64,000 bases of DNA from Octopus vulgaris (Eukaryota), in NCBI GenBank assembly GCA_951406725.2, contig OX597832.1:45942001-46006000 (forward strand). The letters are read 5' to 3'. This document shows positions 41,507 through 55,237 of this stretch, piece after piece. Made by a program: the position numbers and the translations under genes. Every line of letters starts with the position of its first letter. The first letter of the stretch is position 1. A model generated the notes under the pieces. It was not told the DNA's origin. It saw nothing but the letters and a program-made list of their open reading frames with translations, and searched no databases.

Positions 41507-41893
41507 GTGGAGGCGCAATGGCCCAGTGGTTAGGGCAGCGGACTCGCGGTCATAGGATCGCGGTTTCGATTCCCAGACCGGGCGTTGTGAGTGTTTATTG
41601 AGCGAAAACACCTAAAAGCTCCACGAGGCTCCGGCAGGGATGGTGGTGATCCCTGCTGTACTCTTTCACCACAACTTTCTCTCACTCTTACTTCCTTTTT
41701 CTGTTGTACCTCTATTTCAAAGGGCCGGCCTTGTCACTCTCTGTGTCACGCTGAATATCCCCGAGAACTACGTTAAGGGTACACGTGTCTGTGGAGTGCT
41801 CAGCCACTTCCACGTTAATTTCACGAGCAGGCTGTTCCGTTGATCGGATCAACCGGAACCCTCGTCGTCGTAACCGATGGAGTGCTTCCATCC
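41507..41893 (+). mobile_element. SINE-B (long-tail form) flanked by a ~98-bp direct repeat
   Basis: tRNA-like head; flanks 41409-41507 and 41894-41991 nearly identical. Confidence 0.9.
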
Positions 41894-42461
41894 AGGCCTC
41901 AGCTGATTTTGAACCGAGAATGTATTGGTTTGTCCGGAAAGTTCGTGCCGGTCTATAGTAGCTTACCTTTCGGCGTCTTACTCAGAGCATGAAGACGGAC
42001 TAAATACCCGTTGTTATTTTACCCGGCGTAAATTTGGTTAAATATTAAAACTAATTTCTGTCGATAATCTTAAGTCTGTCCTGGAAAGTTAATTATTTTG
42101 GAATTGTAACATCTTAGCCAATCTAAAAGAAGATTGAAGTCGAGCCTCATAAAATTGCTAAAAAGCAAAAATAAAATCGTAGAGCATTAAAATTTGACTT
42201 CTTCGTTAAAACATGCTGCGTTAATTTGCATAATTACTATAAATTAATTACCTTTTCTAATTAGTAACATTTTCTGGTTTCTGTTGCTCGCGAAACACAA
42301 CTCTCTTAGTGCGTCCTTTTAAATCAAGTGTTAAATAGTACAACATTAAGAAAAAAAATCAGGTGACTTGTGGCTTCTTCAGTAAGATAAACTATAAGGA
42401 AAGCATTCTGCGTCTAAAGTGCACAACAGTATCCCAAAATATTAAAAATACCAACGTATAC

Positions 42462-42870
42462 TATTTTACTCTTTTAGTTGTTTCAGTCATTTGACAATGG
42501 CCATCTGCAGCACCGCCTTTAGTCGAGCAAATCGACCCCAGGACTTATTCTTTGTAAGCCTAGTACTTATTCTATCGGTCTCTTTTTGCCGAACCGCTAG
42601 TTACGGAGACGTAAACATACCAGCATCGGTCGTCAAGTGATGTTGGGGAGACAAACACAGACACTCAAACATATACACACACATATATATATACATACAT
42701 ATATACGAGAGGCTTCTTTCAGTTTCCGTCTACCAAATCCACTCACAAGGTTTTGGTCGGCCCTAGGCTATATTAGAAGACACTTGCCCAAGGCGCCACG
42801 CAGTGGGACTGAACCCGGAACCATGTGGATGGTAAGCATGCTACTTACCACACAGCCACTCCTACGCCTA
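42462..42870 (-). mobile_element. SINE-A
   Basis: Family match. Confidence 0.9.
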
Positions 42871-43680
42871 TTGTGCAATGATTTTTGACCTCTTTTTCAT
42901 ATGTAACGAAATGCCGTTAGATATAAAACTATTGTCGGTAACTCAATATGTCTGCATTTAAGAGTAGGAATCTAATTTGAACCATGGGGTGAATTGGAGT
43001 GATGTAACACAATGGTGCTAAATTGACACAATTCGTTTATATTCTCTCCACTCCATCAAGTTCGTACCCATATACGTGTGTGTGTGTATGTGTGTGTTTG
43101 TACATATTTATATCGTTGTTACCACCATATCTTTTGGGAGACAAGGAAAATTTCAACTTTTTCCTCCCTTTCCTTTCTCATCTCCCTTCCTCACGAATCT
43201 CCAATTCTCTCACTGTTCTGGCACATCATATGCAATGTCTATGTATATTTGTTCATCAGTAATAGTCTCATATTCAAGTTACTACAATATCCATTGTTAG
43301 AAGCTGATGTCCTCCACGCTTTGTCGTCTTCATGCCTTAAACTGTTTTCTGTTTCGATCGTCCTCGGCTTTTTCCTTGCGTTTCCTCACAGCAAAGCCCC
43401 AGTGTAAATGGTTCGTTTCTACGATATCTCACGTAGTCCGTTCAATGCATTGTGATGCAGTACTCTACGTACATGACCCTAAATCTTAAACAAGGTCGGC
43501 TTTTCAGACGGAAATCTCACGTATACTATACGGTATATCCTGTGTGTGTATTTGTAAACATGCGTATGGGTATATATCAGCATGTTTGTATACAAATATG
43601 CGCGTATGTGACTGAATGAGAGAGAGAGAGAGATAGAGAGAGGAAGAGAAAGCAAGAGAATGCGAGAGAAAAAAAGAAGC

Positions 43681-43718
<38 letters not shown>

Positions 43719-44596
43719 AAAATATATTTACCAATTATCGTATATTTAATCAATTATTTTGACATAGACCCGGCCAAATGTGTCAATTTATCTAGAATCT
43801 AATTTGAGGAGACATCATTTTTAAGCAGACATTTAAAACACATTTTGTATATTCACAACGGACATTTCCATATGTTTCGGACCACCACCATAAAAAAGAG
43901 AAAAAGGGTAGAGAGAGGTAGTGAGAGATAGAAAGGGAGAGAGATGGGGAAATAGTGAGAGAGAAAACGAGAGAGGGAGAGAGAGGTGGGCGAAACGGAA
44001 GAATTGAATCTGAAGGTGATTATCTATGTTCCAAGCAAAGATTATGCAGTAGAGCAGTATGTCAGATATAAAATAAATAAATAAATGAATAAATAAAAAT
44101 AAACCCCCCCTGAGTCCTATCAAAACTCACCAGTAAGAGATTGTCGAGAGTTACAAAGAAATTCTGTTTGCGACTAGGTTGTTGAAGTCGACGGATATAT
44201 TCGCACTTTAAGACAGAAGAAAAAATCAATGTAATAGCGTTCGTGACTTCTTAAATGAAATTCCTTCTGTTGCATGACATGGTCTGAAATCAAGTCATGT
44301 GATAAACAAATAAATACCCAAGTGATTAGCCTAGTCATACGACAAAGAAGGGAATATCCTGACTTAATGAAAAACCTTTTAAATGGGGGCACAACGAAAG
44401 TAGTTTTAGTGGGGGAAGAGATACGTGGATTACATCGGCATAAGTGATTGACAAGATTTCTTTGTTTCATCGGCCCCGGAAGGACGAAAGAAAAAGTTAG
44501 CTTTGGTGGACTTTGAACAGACGTCGTGAAGAACTGGATGAAATGTGTCTAAGCATTATGCATGACTCACTCCTTGTGATTCCTCCAGCTATTCAA

Positions 44597-45003
44597 GTTT
44601 TACTTCTCTTTTACTTGTTTCAGTCATTTGACTGTGGCCATGCTGGGGCACCGCCTTTAGTCGAGCAAATCGACCCCAGGACTTATTCTTTTGTAAGCCT
44701 AGTACTTATTCTATCGGTCTCTTTTGCCGAACCGCTAAGTTACGGGGACGTAAACACACCAGCATCGGTTGTCAAGCGATGTTGGGGGAACAAACACAGA
44801 CACATATACATATATACACACACACATATATATATATACACGACGGGCCTCTTTCAGTTTCCGTCTACCAAATCCGCTCACAAGGCTTTGGTCAGCCCGA
44901 GGCTATAGTAGAAGACACTTGCTCAAGGTGCCACACAGTGAGACTGAACCCGGAGCCATGTGGTTGGTAAGCAAGCTACTTACCACACAGCCACCCCTGT
45001 GCC
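44597..45003 (-). mobile_element. SINE-A
   Basis: Family match. Confidence 0.9.
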
Positions 45004-45849
45004 TTAAAAGTTACGACCGTTTGGAGAAGCAGCTGTATCAGATTTATTTACCTTTAAGATTTTCACATCCTGAACTTATTTATAACTTTGGAGTGGATGT
45101 TCTAGTCCTTATTATTTAACACCAGATCAACCCTGACCGAGCAGACATGAAATCTAACGATTTAAATATATATTTTTGAACATACACATCGTTCTAACAC
45201 TTTGTATTCGGAGCAGCAATGGGACGTATATAGAATTTCGAACAATTCGATATACTTTCAGGTCTTGTCATGTTTGACAGAGCTACAGTAAGTTATTAGC
45301 AAGTTATATGCAATGTGTATAGAAAAGATGATGTAATCTCACGAGCTGTTAGGTTTTGGCAAATTTATATTCATAGGTTGATCTGGGTTGAACAGAAGTC
45401 AATGGGCTTTTAGTATGATGTGTAAGTAGTGTACATGGACGTTGTCAATGCATTTGCGTGTATCGGACTGAATGCACATATCAATTTGATATAGTGTAAT
45501 TTAAACTGTATTATAGATTACTGCGTAGACTATATTGAAGTAACAACTTGTGATACATTTTCAGGAGTCTATCGATGTGCAGTGTGTGTTGAGATGCACT
45601 ATTTCGGCCCAGTTTAATTTTATAGTGATTTATAGCGAAGAGATTGGCACCCACTGGAAGGCCATGATCCTTAATAGAGCCGTTGATTTTATACTAGCCC
45701 TGTTTTAAGCCTATCCCTTATTGTTGACAAATCGTAGCGCCTGTCAGTGATCTACGTATGTTTGGATATCTTTTTTTTCTTTACATTTTCTGTTAGTGTT
45801 GTAAATCTTATAGCAATATTAGTTTTGTTGTTTCATGTATGAGTAATAT

Positions 45850-46462
45850 AGCTTTAAAATTTTGGCAGAAGGCCAGCAAATTTGGAGGAGACATACGCGG
45901 ATTATATCACCCCCAGTGCTCAGATGGTACTTATTTTATCGAATCTAGAAAGGGAGTAAAGGCAAAATCGACCACAGCGAAATTTGTATTCGGATCGCGA
46001 AGACGGACGAAATCCTTCTAAGCATTCTCTCCGCCGTGCTAACAATTCTTATTTATTTACTGCCCACGAGGGGCTAAACACAGAAGGGACAAACAAGGAC
46101 AGACAAACGGATTAAGTCGATTATATCGACCCCAGTACGTAACTGGTACTTATTTAATCGACCCCGAATGGATGAAAGGCAAATTGGACCTCGGCGGATT
46201 TTTGAACTCAGAACGTACCGGCAGACGAAATACCTATTTCTTTATTACCCACAAGGGGCTAAAGACAAAGGGAATAAACAAGGACAGACAAACGGATTAA
46301 GTCGATTACATCGACCCCAGTGCGTAACTGATACTTATTTAATCGAGCCCGAAAGGATGAAAGGCAAAGTGGACCTCGGCGGAATTTGAACTCAGAACGT
46401 AACGGCAAACGAAATACCGCTAAGCATTTAGCCCGGCGTGCTAACGATTCTGCCAGCTCGCT
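45850..46462 (-). mobile_element. Old SINE-C-like copy (45850-46048) abutting a dimeric SINE-C (46049-46462)
   Basis: Family match; junction ACGAAATACC|TATTTCTTTA at 46234/46235. Confidence 0.85.
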
Positions 46463-46519
46463 CTCATATGTATGAATAATATGACTATGCTGTTAAAATA
46501 TCATAGGGCGTATCTGATT

Positions 46520-47050
46520 CTCTTTTGTGTTGGTGATAAGGGAGCAGAAGATAGATTAGGTCGGTGGTAGTTTTAGTTTATTTGTTACTAACCAAACCAA
46601 ATTTCTGTGTTGCTATTCAGTCCCTGGGGATTAGCTCAAATATATGGCTTTAATGTGAAGCGCATTCATTATGAAGTTGTGAGCAATCTATAGCAACCAA
46701 GATAGTTCTTATTACCATTTTAACTTCACTTAACAGGGTGTATCTTCTGATACTGTTTCGGTCGTTTTCCTGCTTTTTTAAAATTCTTTTGTTTGGACCT
46801 ATAATTCTGAAAATTTTCATCCAGTTTCAAGATTATAATGAATTGACCGAGTTAATACGAATGGTTTTAAAATTTGTGTTAATGCCAGCTTTATCTTCAA
46901 ACGTTAACACTTTCGAGTGTACACGTGCTGCTATTTTGTGAGCACCAGACGCTTTGTTTGCATCCTTGGATCTTCATACCACTTTTCAGTGGTGAGGGGT
47001 AATGTCACTCTCAAGCCGAAAGTTACATAACTCGCGTTAAGGATTTCAAT
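46520..47050 (-). pseudogene. Highly decayed LINE RT N-terminal region
   Basis: Remnant motifs in the right order across frames: NKASGAHKIAARV (~K.PGPD.I), FKKAG (~FKKGD), QKFGL..TTTDLIYLL (~Q.GFR..RST.D.I). Confidence 0.5.
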
Positions 47051-47608
47051 TGTGTATTCTTTTTTTTGGATGTGTTCAATGGTGACTGATTTTTTTTTTT
47101 AAAAAAAGAGCATTTGACATTTGCTTGCTTTTGGAGAAAAATGTGTTGGCGTTGTTATTACGACGTGTGACGTGGTTTGGTTGTTAAACGTGTCGATGCT
47201 GTTAGCTGTTTGTATAGTTTTAGTTTTGTTATTAATGCGAATCAATGTTTGCTAATTCTCTATTTTCCTTTGGCTAACATGTTCTGCTATAATTCTCTAA
47301 AAATTTTTTTTTTTTTTTACAATAAATCTAATTTCTGTTGAGAGTGTTGGTCAGCATATTGCATTTGAGGTTGTGTTTGGTTTTCATCACTTTTGCTGTT
47401 AAATGTGTGATTTGGATGTTTTATGATTATTTGTTGGAATTTTCCACAAACGTCAATAGACGTCAATAGAATGTGGGTTGCAGTGTCTACTCTGTTATAG
47501 TAATATTTTAAAATTTACTGAAACTATAATTGCGTCTACAGGTCAAAAGTTTTAGGTTTGCTCTTTTGGAAGGGTTGAAGTTTGTCTTCATAGTGTAAAT
47601 TGACGTGT

Positions 47609-47810
47609 AGTGGAGGCACATGGCCTAGTGGTTAGAGCAGCGGACTCGCGCTCGAGGGATCGCGGGTTCGAATCTCAGACCGGGCGATGTGTGTGTTTAT
47701 GAGCGAAACACCTAAGCTCCACGCGGCTCCGACAGAAGGTAATGGCAAACTTCTGCTGACTCTTTCGCCATAACATTCTCGCACTATTTTCCCCTGCATC
47801 TTGCAACTCA
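47609..47810 (+). mobile_element. SINE-B-related 5' part
   Basis: TGGCCTAGTGGTTAGAGC..GGTTCGAATCTC head with SINE-B-like body. Confidence 0.8.
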
Positions 47811-49143
47811 CGTAAAGAGTTGTGGACTTTAAAAGATGTGCAAATGTGCGTTGACTTCATATTCTTATTATTAATCATTTGAGAGGTTCTGTGTTTCTAT
47901 TTTCTCTTGTGATGCAAAGATTTTAACATTTTCTGAGTTGTATTTTTTTTGTGATTAGAGATAAAGTCTTCGAAAATTTTAGGATATCGTGCTGTATATG
48001 TGCATCTTTTTGAAGTGTGTACTGATAGGTTTCTAATTTTTTAGGTGCCTCCATTGTTTAGTAAATCCTGCTACAGTTGCGGTTCTGCACATAGTATTTC
48101 GCTTCAGGCATTATCAGCCAAATGCCATAGTTTAGACAGAATATTCTAATAGATACAAAGATCGCGTGTAGTATGACTTATGTGCCTGACCTTCACTTTA
48201 GATATTTTCTCGTTGCTTGTATAAAAGAGAACACTAACAAAATTTCATCAGTCTAACTGAGGGTAGGAATTAGATGATGTAGACTGATATATGGAATTTG
48301 AGACACTGCAGTTGTAGCAAAAGGATAACAAATAGCGTGTCAAATAATGATGGGGTCCGGATTTAGAAGCTGAGGTGAGGAGAGAATGTCTATTTTTAAT
48401 ATATTTTCAATAATAGTTTTAGTAGTTTATAGAGACAAAATAAACTTTCAAGGAAGTGGTCACTTTTGGTTTAGAATTTGTGTGTACATAACACGTGAAG
48501 AAATCTAAATAACTGAGGACGAATTGGAGTTCTTATTGAGTTGAACTAATGTTTTGCTGCTCCTCAAACGAAACCTGACTTTTATGAGGTACACGACTAC
48601 ACGAAGAAACTATAAACAACTAACCTAATTTTTTTCGAATTAAATTTTGTATTAAAATTTTATTTCACATTTAGTTCTATGGCTTCGCAAGTTTTAGGCC
48701 TAATGATTTTCCCATATATATACCATCGCGGTTTCCACAATGCAACTCTTTCATAATTCTGCGAGTAGATTTAATGTCAAGGAACATAAAAATATTTTAT
48801 AAATAACTGAAAAAAAGTCGTTTTAGAATATGACATTAATAATTTAACTTCACAACGCTGAGAATATTACGAAGTAATGAAAGAATTTAAGAAAAATCCT
48901 GTATTGACCCATAAATGTTTTCTTTGATATGTTTGGCTTAAAGGCAACTACTACTGAACCATAAATTCCAATGTTCGCAAACTTCCTTTTATTTCCACTA
49001 CCCTTTCTTTTTGCTAGAACATAAAATGTCAGACATATAAAACCTCACCTTGGTCATAAACTGTCACTATATACAGCTTTAACCTGATCATAAAATATAA
49101 TTTCGTTTCAATTTGCTTAAACAGCAATTCTATAGTATTGATA

Positions 49144-49525
49144 GTGGAGGCGCAATGGCCCAGTGGTTAGGGCAGCGGTCGTAGGATCGCGGTTTCGATT
49201 CCCAGACCGGGCGTTGTGAGTGTTTATTGAGCGAAAACCACTACAAAGCTCCACGAGGCTCCGGCAGGGAATGGTGGTGATCCCTGCTGTACTCTTTCAC
49301 CACAACTTTCTCTCACTCTTACTTCCTGTTTCTGTTGTACCTGTATTTCAAAGGGCCGGCCTTGTCACTCTCTGTGTCACGCTGAATATCCCCGAGAACT
49401 ACGTTAAGGGTACACGTGTCTGTGGAGTGCTCAGCCACTTACACGTTAATTTCACGAGCAGGCTGTTCCGTTGATTCGGATCAACCGGAACCCTCGTCGT
49501 CGTAACCGACGGAGTGCTTCCACAC
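49144..49525 (+). mobile_element. SINE-B with 10-bp TSD
   Basis: AGTATTGATA at 49134-49143 and 49526-49535. Confidence 0.92.
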
Positions 49526-49833
49526 AGTATTGATAACTCTGCGTCCTGGATAATGTTGGTTTAAATGACTTATATTTTCCCTAGTCTTGAACAGCAAGTT
49601 CAAATTCTCATACCACAGCTCTTTCATGGTTTCTTATCGTTGCCGCTGCTGTTGTAGCTTATCGCAGGTCAATGCTGATTGAGAAAGGAATGTGACGATA
49701 AATAATCATTAAATCTTTGAACTTCTCTGCATTAAGATCTGAAACGTAAGATCTCTACCCTGCTGACAGAAGTTCGTCTCATCCAAAGCCGATTGTATCC
49801 AACGACCACATATTGGGATGAATTATATCTACC

Positions 49834-50221
49834 TTAGGGAGCACTCCGTCGGTTACGACGATGAGGGTTTCGGTTGATCCGAATCAACGGAACAGCCTGC
49901 TCGTGAAATTAACGTGTAAGTGGCTGAGCACTCCACAGACACGTGCACCCTTAACGTAGTTCTCGGGGATATTCAGCGTGACACAGAGAGTAACAAGGCC
50001 GGTCCCTTGAAATACAGGTACAACAGAAACAGGAAGTAAGAATGAGAGAAAGTTGTGGTGAAAGAGTGCAGCAGGGATCACTACCATCCCCTGCCGGAGC
50101 CTCGTGGAGCTTTTAGGTGTTTTCGCTCAATAAACACTCACAACGCCCGGTCTGGGAATCGAAACCGCGATCCTATGACCGCGAGTCCGCTGCCCTAACC
50201 ACTGGGCCATTGCGCCTCCAC
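49834..50221 (-). mobile_element. SINE-B with 10-bp TSD
   Basis: TATATCTACC at 49824-49833 and 50222-50231. Confidence 0.92.
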
Positions 50222-50469
50222 TATATCTACCAACATTATTATGGATCTCTGAGCCACCAGAAACAACTGTTGGACGTATACCCTTCATTCTACACCTTTA
50301 AGTTTTCATGTCGTTTGTCCTCTGCATAAATTGAACCTATAAATATAAATATCTATATATTTATTCTTAAAAGTTCATCATATGAAAGTCTACACTTTTT
50401 TGCGCGTATACATAAATACGTAGTTTGTATTTCATACCCAAACTATTATATTTAATATATTTAATATAA

Positions 50470-50542
50470 GGGCGGTGTGCTGGCAGAAACGTCAGCATGC
50501 CGGGCAAAAATGATTAGCGGTATTTCGTCTGCCGTTACGTTT
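50470..50542 (+). mobile_element. SINE-C head fragment
   Basis: GGCGGTGTGCTGGCAGAAACG..GTATTTCGTCTGCCGTTACGTT. Confidence 0.75.
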
Positions 50543-51661
50543 TCTCAATAAAGCCAAGAGAAAAAAAGATGTTTTATAAATACATTCTACCAGTATACGA
50601 AATTTAAAAGTGTTTAGTTACGTGGAAATTATTTTAAAAAACTGCCGTTCAAACCGAAAAGATCCTGTTTCTATGGAACTGCGCGTTGTTTGCTACTGAT
50701 AAGAAATATGCTTTTACAGCCTCTTGAAGGGCGATAGTTTTTGTTCATAAAAAAAACAATGTTTAGTGCATTTACTGATGTACGTAAAGCTTAGTCAAGC
50801 CGGAATTAAATAAGTAGAATCAAACGAAACATCGTAGAAACAAATATTCTCACACAGGTACAACAACGACATTTAACACACACGTGTACACCTGTACGTG
50901 GTATGGCCTTTCATTGTGGAAATATTTCCGGAACAAAAATCTCCTCATGAAATACATTGGGTGTTCGTGGAAAAATTAGTTTACTATTTCTAAAGGACTG
51001 AACAACTATGCTCCGTGTTCATTCGATAGAGATCCTACATTTCCGTTGCTTTGTAAAAATAGGCTTCGTTCCAGTGAATATTTTTATGGCAAATATAAAT
51101 ATAACCATTGAAATTAATTCCATTCACAAAAGTGTTAATATTGATAACTGATATAATTTTAGCAGGAAATGAACACTAAAAATAAAATTAGTTTCTCAGG
51201 AATTCACTTCAAAATTGTAGTGCAAACAACACCATTTCGTATTTACGGAAAATGTGCATGTGAGGCAATTCATCTGTTTGATCCTTGAGGTATAATTTGA
51301 AAATCTTATTTTTGTATAACGTTGATTCTATTCTTATTGAAACCATCTCTAAACAAACGTTGTTCATCGGAAGATAAGGTTTGACACATATCTCCCACTA
51401 TGCTATTTCGTGTTATCATTATTATTATTATTATTGTCATTTTTATTGTATTTTTTTTATTTATATTCGTGTAACATCGTCTGTTTTTCCGTCCTTGTTT
51501 TCGTATACATTCGATGCTTTTTTCCCAAGGAATCTAATGCGCTTAGCTTAGGTTGTCCTTGGGGCTGGCCAGATTGGAGCAATCTCAAGATTAGTCAACC
51601 GAAATTGCGATGAAGATCCGGTTTTAGACTGAAGATAAAAGGCTTCGAATGACCCGTCCTT

Positions 51662-51860
51662 GTTAATCCGTTTGTCTGTCCTTCTTTGTCCTCTCTGTGT
51701 TTAGTCTTTACGTTCTGAGTTCAAATTCCGCCAAGGTCGACTTTGCCTTTCATCCTATCGGGGTCGATAAATTAAGTACTAGTTGCGTACTGGAGTCGAT
51801 ATAATCTAATCGCCCCTTCCCCCAAAATTTGGGGCCTTCTGCCTAGAGTAGAAAAGAATA
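51662..51860 (+). mobile_element. SINE-C tail fragment fused to a SINE-C core with alternative tail
   Basis: TAATCCGTTTGTCTGTCC.., then TTCTGAGTTCAAATTCCGCC..AAGTAC..GTAGAAAAGAAT. Confidence 0.75.
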
Positions 51861-53653
51861 CACATGTGTTTTCCGGAGATTTTAAGGAATAACAATAGGC
51901 GCAAAATTCCTATATGTTGGAATTAGAAGATAGATGACAGTAGTGACGCTAATGCCCTCCCTAAAGGTTAGAAATTAACAATAGGCTCAAAATTCCTATA
52001 TATTGAAATTATAGGAGGAGAGGTGGCTATGCTCGAATTTATCTAGGATGCCGAGGAATAACAACAATGAAATCCCTCCGATTGGAAATCGAAAACCTAA
52101 TCAGGATTTGACTCTCTGAGGCATTATCTCGACAATTCAGTTCCGAACATATTGTTTGTCAAAGGTCGATACTCACAAAATTAACTTATAAATTTCTTTA
52201 AAACACGCAAGCAGAGTGAATTCGATATCACCTCTTGTGAAAACGAAACAATGATATCCTGTCAATTTATCAAAAGCAAATCTCAGAATTAAAAAAAAAT
52301 AGGATAAAATTAATAAAAAAAAGGAAGTAATTGGACGGTTCTCTTTCCGTGTAGAATGTATTTCTCATAAAAGCAAGTTAAAGTTCTTGAATATTTATTT
52401 TAGTTGAATATATTGATTTATTTGCGTTATCGTTCATTAAAGTTATCGATTTGATTTTTCTCCTCCTACGAATGAGAGTGAAATGAAAAATATCCTCTGC
52501 AACTTGTACGGTATTTTCATGTTTTTATTTCCATTTCTAATTGTAGTTTATGCTGTAGTTGTTGGTGTTGTTGGTGTTGTACTCTTGCTTCCTGTTTTCT
52601 CCATTTTAATTGTTTATTTTAGTAAAGCAGTGATATTTTCGTTGGATAAAATGCACTTTCTAATTATAATGCATTACAAATATTTCACATAATTAGTTGT
52701 GTATTGGACAGCGAAACCGAAGTAGTTCTGATGTAGCTGTCAAACTATGATCAAACAGAAAGCTATCTTGTTTGATAACGTAAAAGTAAAACAAATACGC
52801 ACTAAAACGCCAGAGAAATCGAAAGAGATAATAAAATAAACATTAAAACGTCATATTTTAAAACTAATTTAAAACGCCTAAAATCCATCAATTCAATGGT
52901 ATATTGTCATTAAAATTGTAATTGTTCTTCAAAGCAATCAACGACCACCAGGTTAAAAAAAAAGTCTTCCTCTTACAAACCATGCAATCAGTAGACAGAG
53001 AAACTTCCTACAGGCCTCTTTCTATTGTTAAAAGCAAATGGATATATTACTGTGGACACCAAATGAAATGCAATCACCGCTAAACTTTTATAGACTCCTG
53101 AAATTGAAGAGGCTGTATGCTTGATAAGAGAATTGACATCCGGGGCCACAAATATATCACTTAGCATAAATGGCTCGAGACACAAATCTAATCTAGAAAA
53201 CGTGAATATTAGAGAAACCAGTGTGCAACATTGAACTTCATTTCTCGTGGGTATTTGAGATTAAGTATTATTCAATGCTATAAAGTAAAACATGAAATTT
53301 ACGAGTCATTTCTTTATATCTGTTGCAATCTTTATATCTATTGCTATCCTCAGCTTGCATTTATGCCTTAGCAAGACTGCTTATACAGCCATACAAATTC
53401 TAGTCACCATGCACAGACTCTCACACATACACACTTAAGGGTACAATCATACACTGATAAAGGTGCGCACAAACATATCTACACACAACTCTGCAATTGT
53501 AAACATAATAATAAATATATATATTTATATTTAGCTGATGCAACAGAGTGACTAAATGTCCGAGAATTCCTCCGTGCGGTTGGCGCTTATCAAACCTTAT
53601 ATAATATATATATATGCTCATATATTTCGAGTTCTACTTTTCCTGTTTGTACC

Positions 53654-53685
<32 letters not shown>

Positions 53686-53693
53686 AATATGTA

Positions 53694-54088
53694 CTAGCAG
53701 TATCGCCCGGCGTTTCTCGGGTTTGTAAGGGATATAACTATATAAGCATTCTTAGAGATGCAAAGTATAATAGCCATCTCAATATGGCTAACCACAAAGG
53801 GGGGGTGTTACTGTAGCTTTTTACGTTCTGAGATTTAATAATACATTTTTAGAGAGTTACTTCCCTTATATAATAGCCAAAAATGCATTAAAAATAGGAA
53901 AAAATGATGCTAATTTTTTTTTTTAATCATAGACTCATCGTAGACGCGCACTAATACCCAGAAGGGCTCGATATGAATCACGACTATAAGATACCCGCTT
54001 TTGGTTACACTGCACCGCAAAATGTGGGAGTAGGTAGGAATCTAAATCGTAGCAGACAGACACACAACTTTAGTTTTATATATAAAGA
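53694..54088 (-). mobile_element. Non-autonomous Helitron-like element
   Basis: Minus strand starts A|TCTTTATATATAAAA and ends CCCG-AGAAACGC-CGGG hairpin + CGATACTG-CTAG|T. These are canonical 5'-TC / 3'-CTAG termini at an A|T site, with no TSD. Confidence 0.8.
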
Positions 54089-54175
54089 TATATTATATAT
54101 ATTACTAGCACTATGACCCGGCAACGCACACGCACACATACTCATATATATGTGTGTGTGTTTGCACAAAGGTAT

Positions 54176-54212
<37 letters not shown>

Positions 54213-54556
54213 TATATATAAATTACAAAACCTAGCACTCTGGAGCCTACCCAGCTGTATTTATAGCACAGAATCAATCATCTTGCTACAGTCAAAAATT
54301 GTGAAGCATGACTATCAACACTACTACATGAACCCGAAGATTGCAGAATTCAATGCATGAAAGTACTAGTTCAATCAGAATGAACATTTAACATTCTACT
54401 ATTTCATTTTATTTTATTCAATTATAATATATTATCTTATAATATATCATTATAAGATTATAATATATCATTATAAGATTGTAAATAAAACGTGAAAATC
54501 AGACAAGGTTGGAATTCCTTTTATTAATATATTCTTCTATACACAATCACACACAC

Positions 54557-54632
<76 letters not shown>

Positions 54633-54635
54633 CAT

Positions 54636-54812
54636 AATATAAAATAAAATCCGTTCTGTCTATCTGTGTGTGTTTCTTCTAGGATCTCGGGCATCCTTCA
54701 ACCGATTGCGCTCAAATTTGATATGTAGATACCGACGGTATCAGGGCGTGTATAAGCCTTGAAAAAATTACAAAAGTCGATTCCAGGTGGGAATGCGATC
54801 GATAAAGCCTTT
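54636..54812 (+). mobile_element. Probable 5' part of another Helitron-like family
   Basis: AATATAAAAT..CTGTCTATCTGTGTGTG..AACCGATTGCGCTCAAATTTG, the pattern of Lep1/DINE-like Helitron 5' regions. Boundaries uncertain. Confidence 0.45.
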
Positions 54813-55187
54813 TTTGTCCTACTTTTTTTCTCTCAACCTGTACATAACTGCACCTTCCATTTTTTGATGTTTTTGTACTGCTTAATGACACATTTCTTTC
54901 CTGCCAGTCTTACTGTTTAAACCATGTTTGTTTTCTCCCAGACAACAGTCTTATCATTACTGGTACTTTAAACTCTTCGCTTGCATATTTGTGTGAATAA
55001 AATCGGTTTTTTTTAATAGAAAAAAGTGTATCTTTATTTCTTCCTTTGCTGGTGTCTCAGATTTAGGTTATATCAGTGTTTCTCAAAGAGGACGCCTATG
55101 GGACGGGCAGACAAGTTAATATGAGAAAATTTGGTTTAAATGTTTGACAACTCAGCACCGTCCACTGGACGTGGTGCGTTTTGCTCG

Positions 55188-55237
<50 letters not shown>

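Noticed and set aside
41507-41582. tRNA gene calls for SINE heads
   Set aside because: A and B boxes are present, but there is no clean cloverleaf or terminator, and each continues into a repeated SINE body with TSDs.
51886-52095. CRISPR-like repeat-spacer pattern (TAACAATAGGC.CAAAATTCCTATAT.TTG.AATTA)
   Set aside because: Only two good copies and one poor one, no cas genes, eukaryotic context; an ordinary decayed tandem duplication.
52707-52741. Type II hammerhead-like GACAGC-GAAAC-CGAA-GTA-GTT-CTGATGTA-GCTGTC
   Set aside because: No stem I can form and the core reads CUGAUGU; likely chance.
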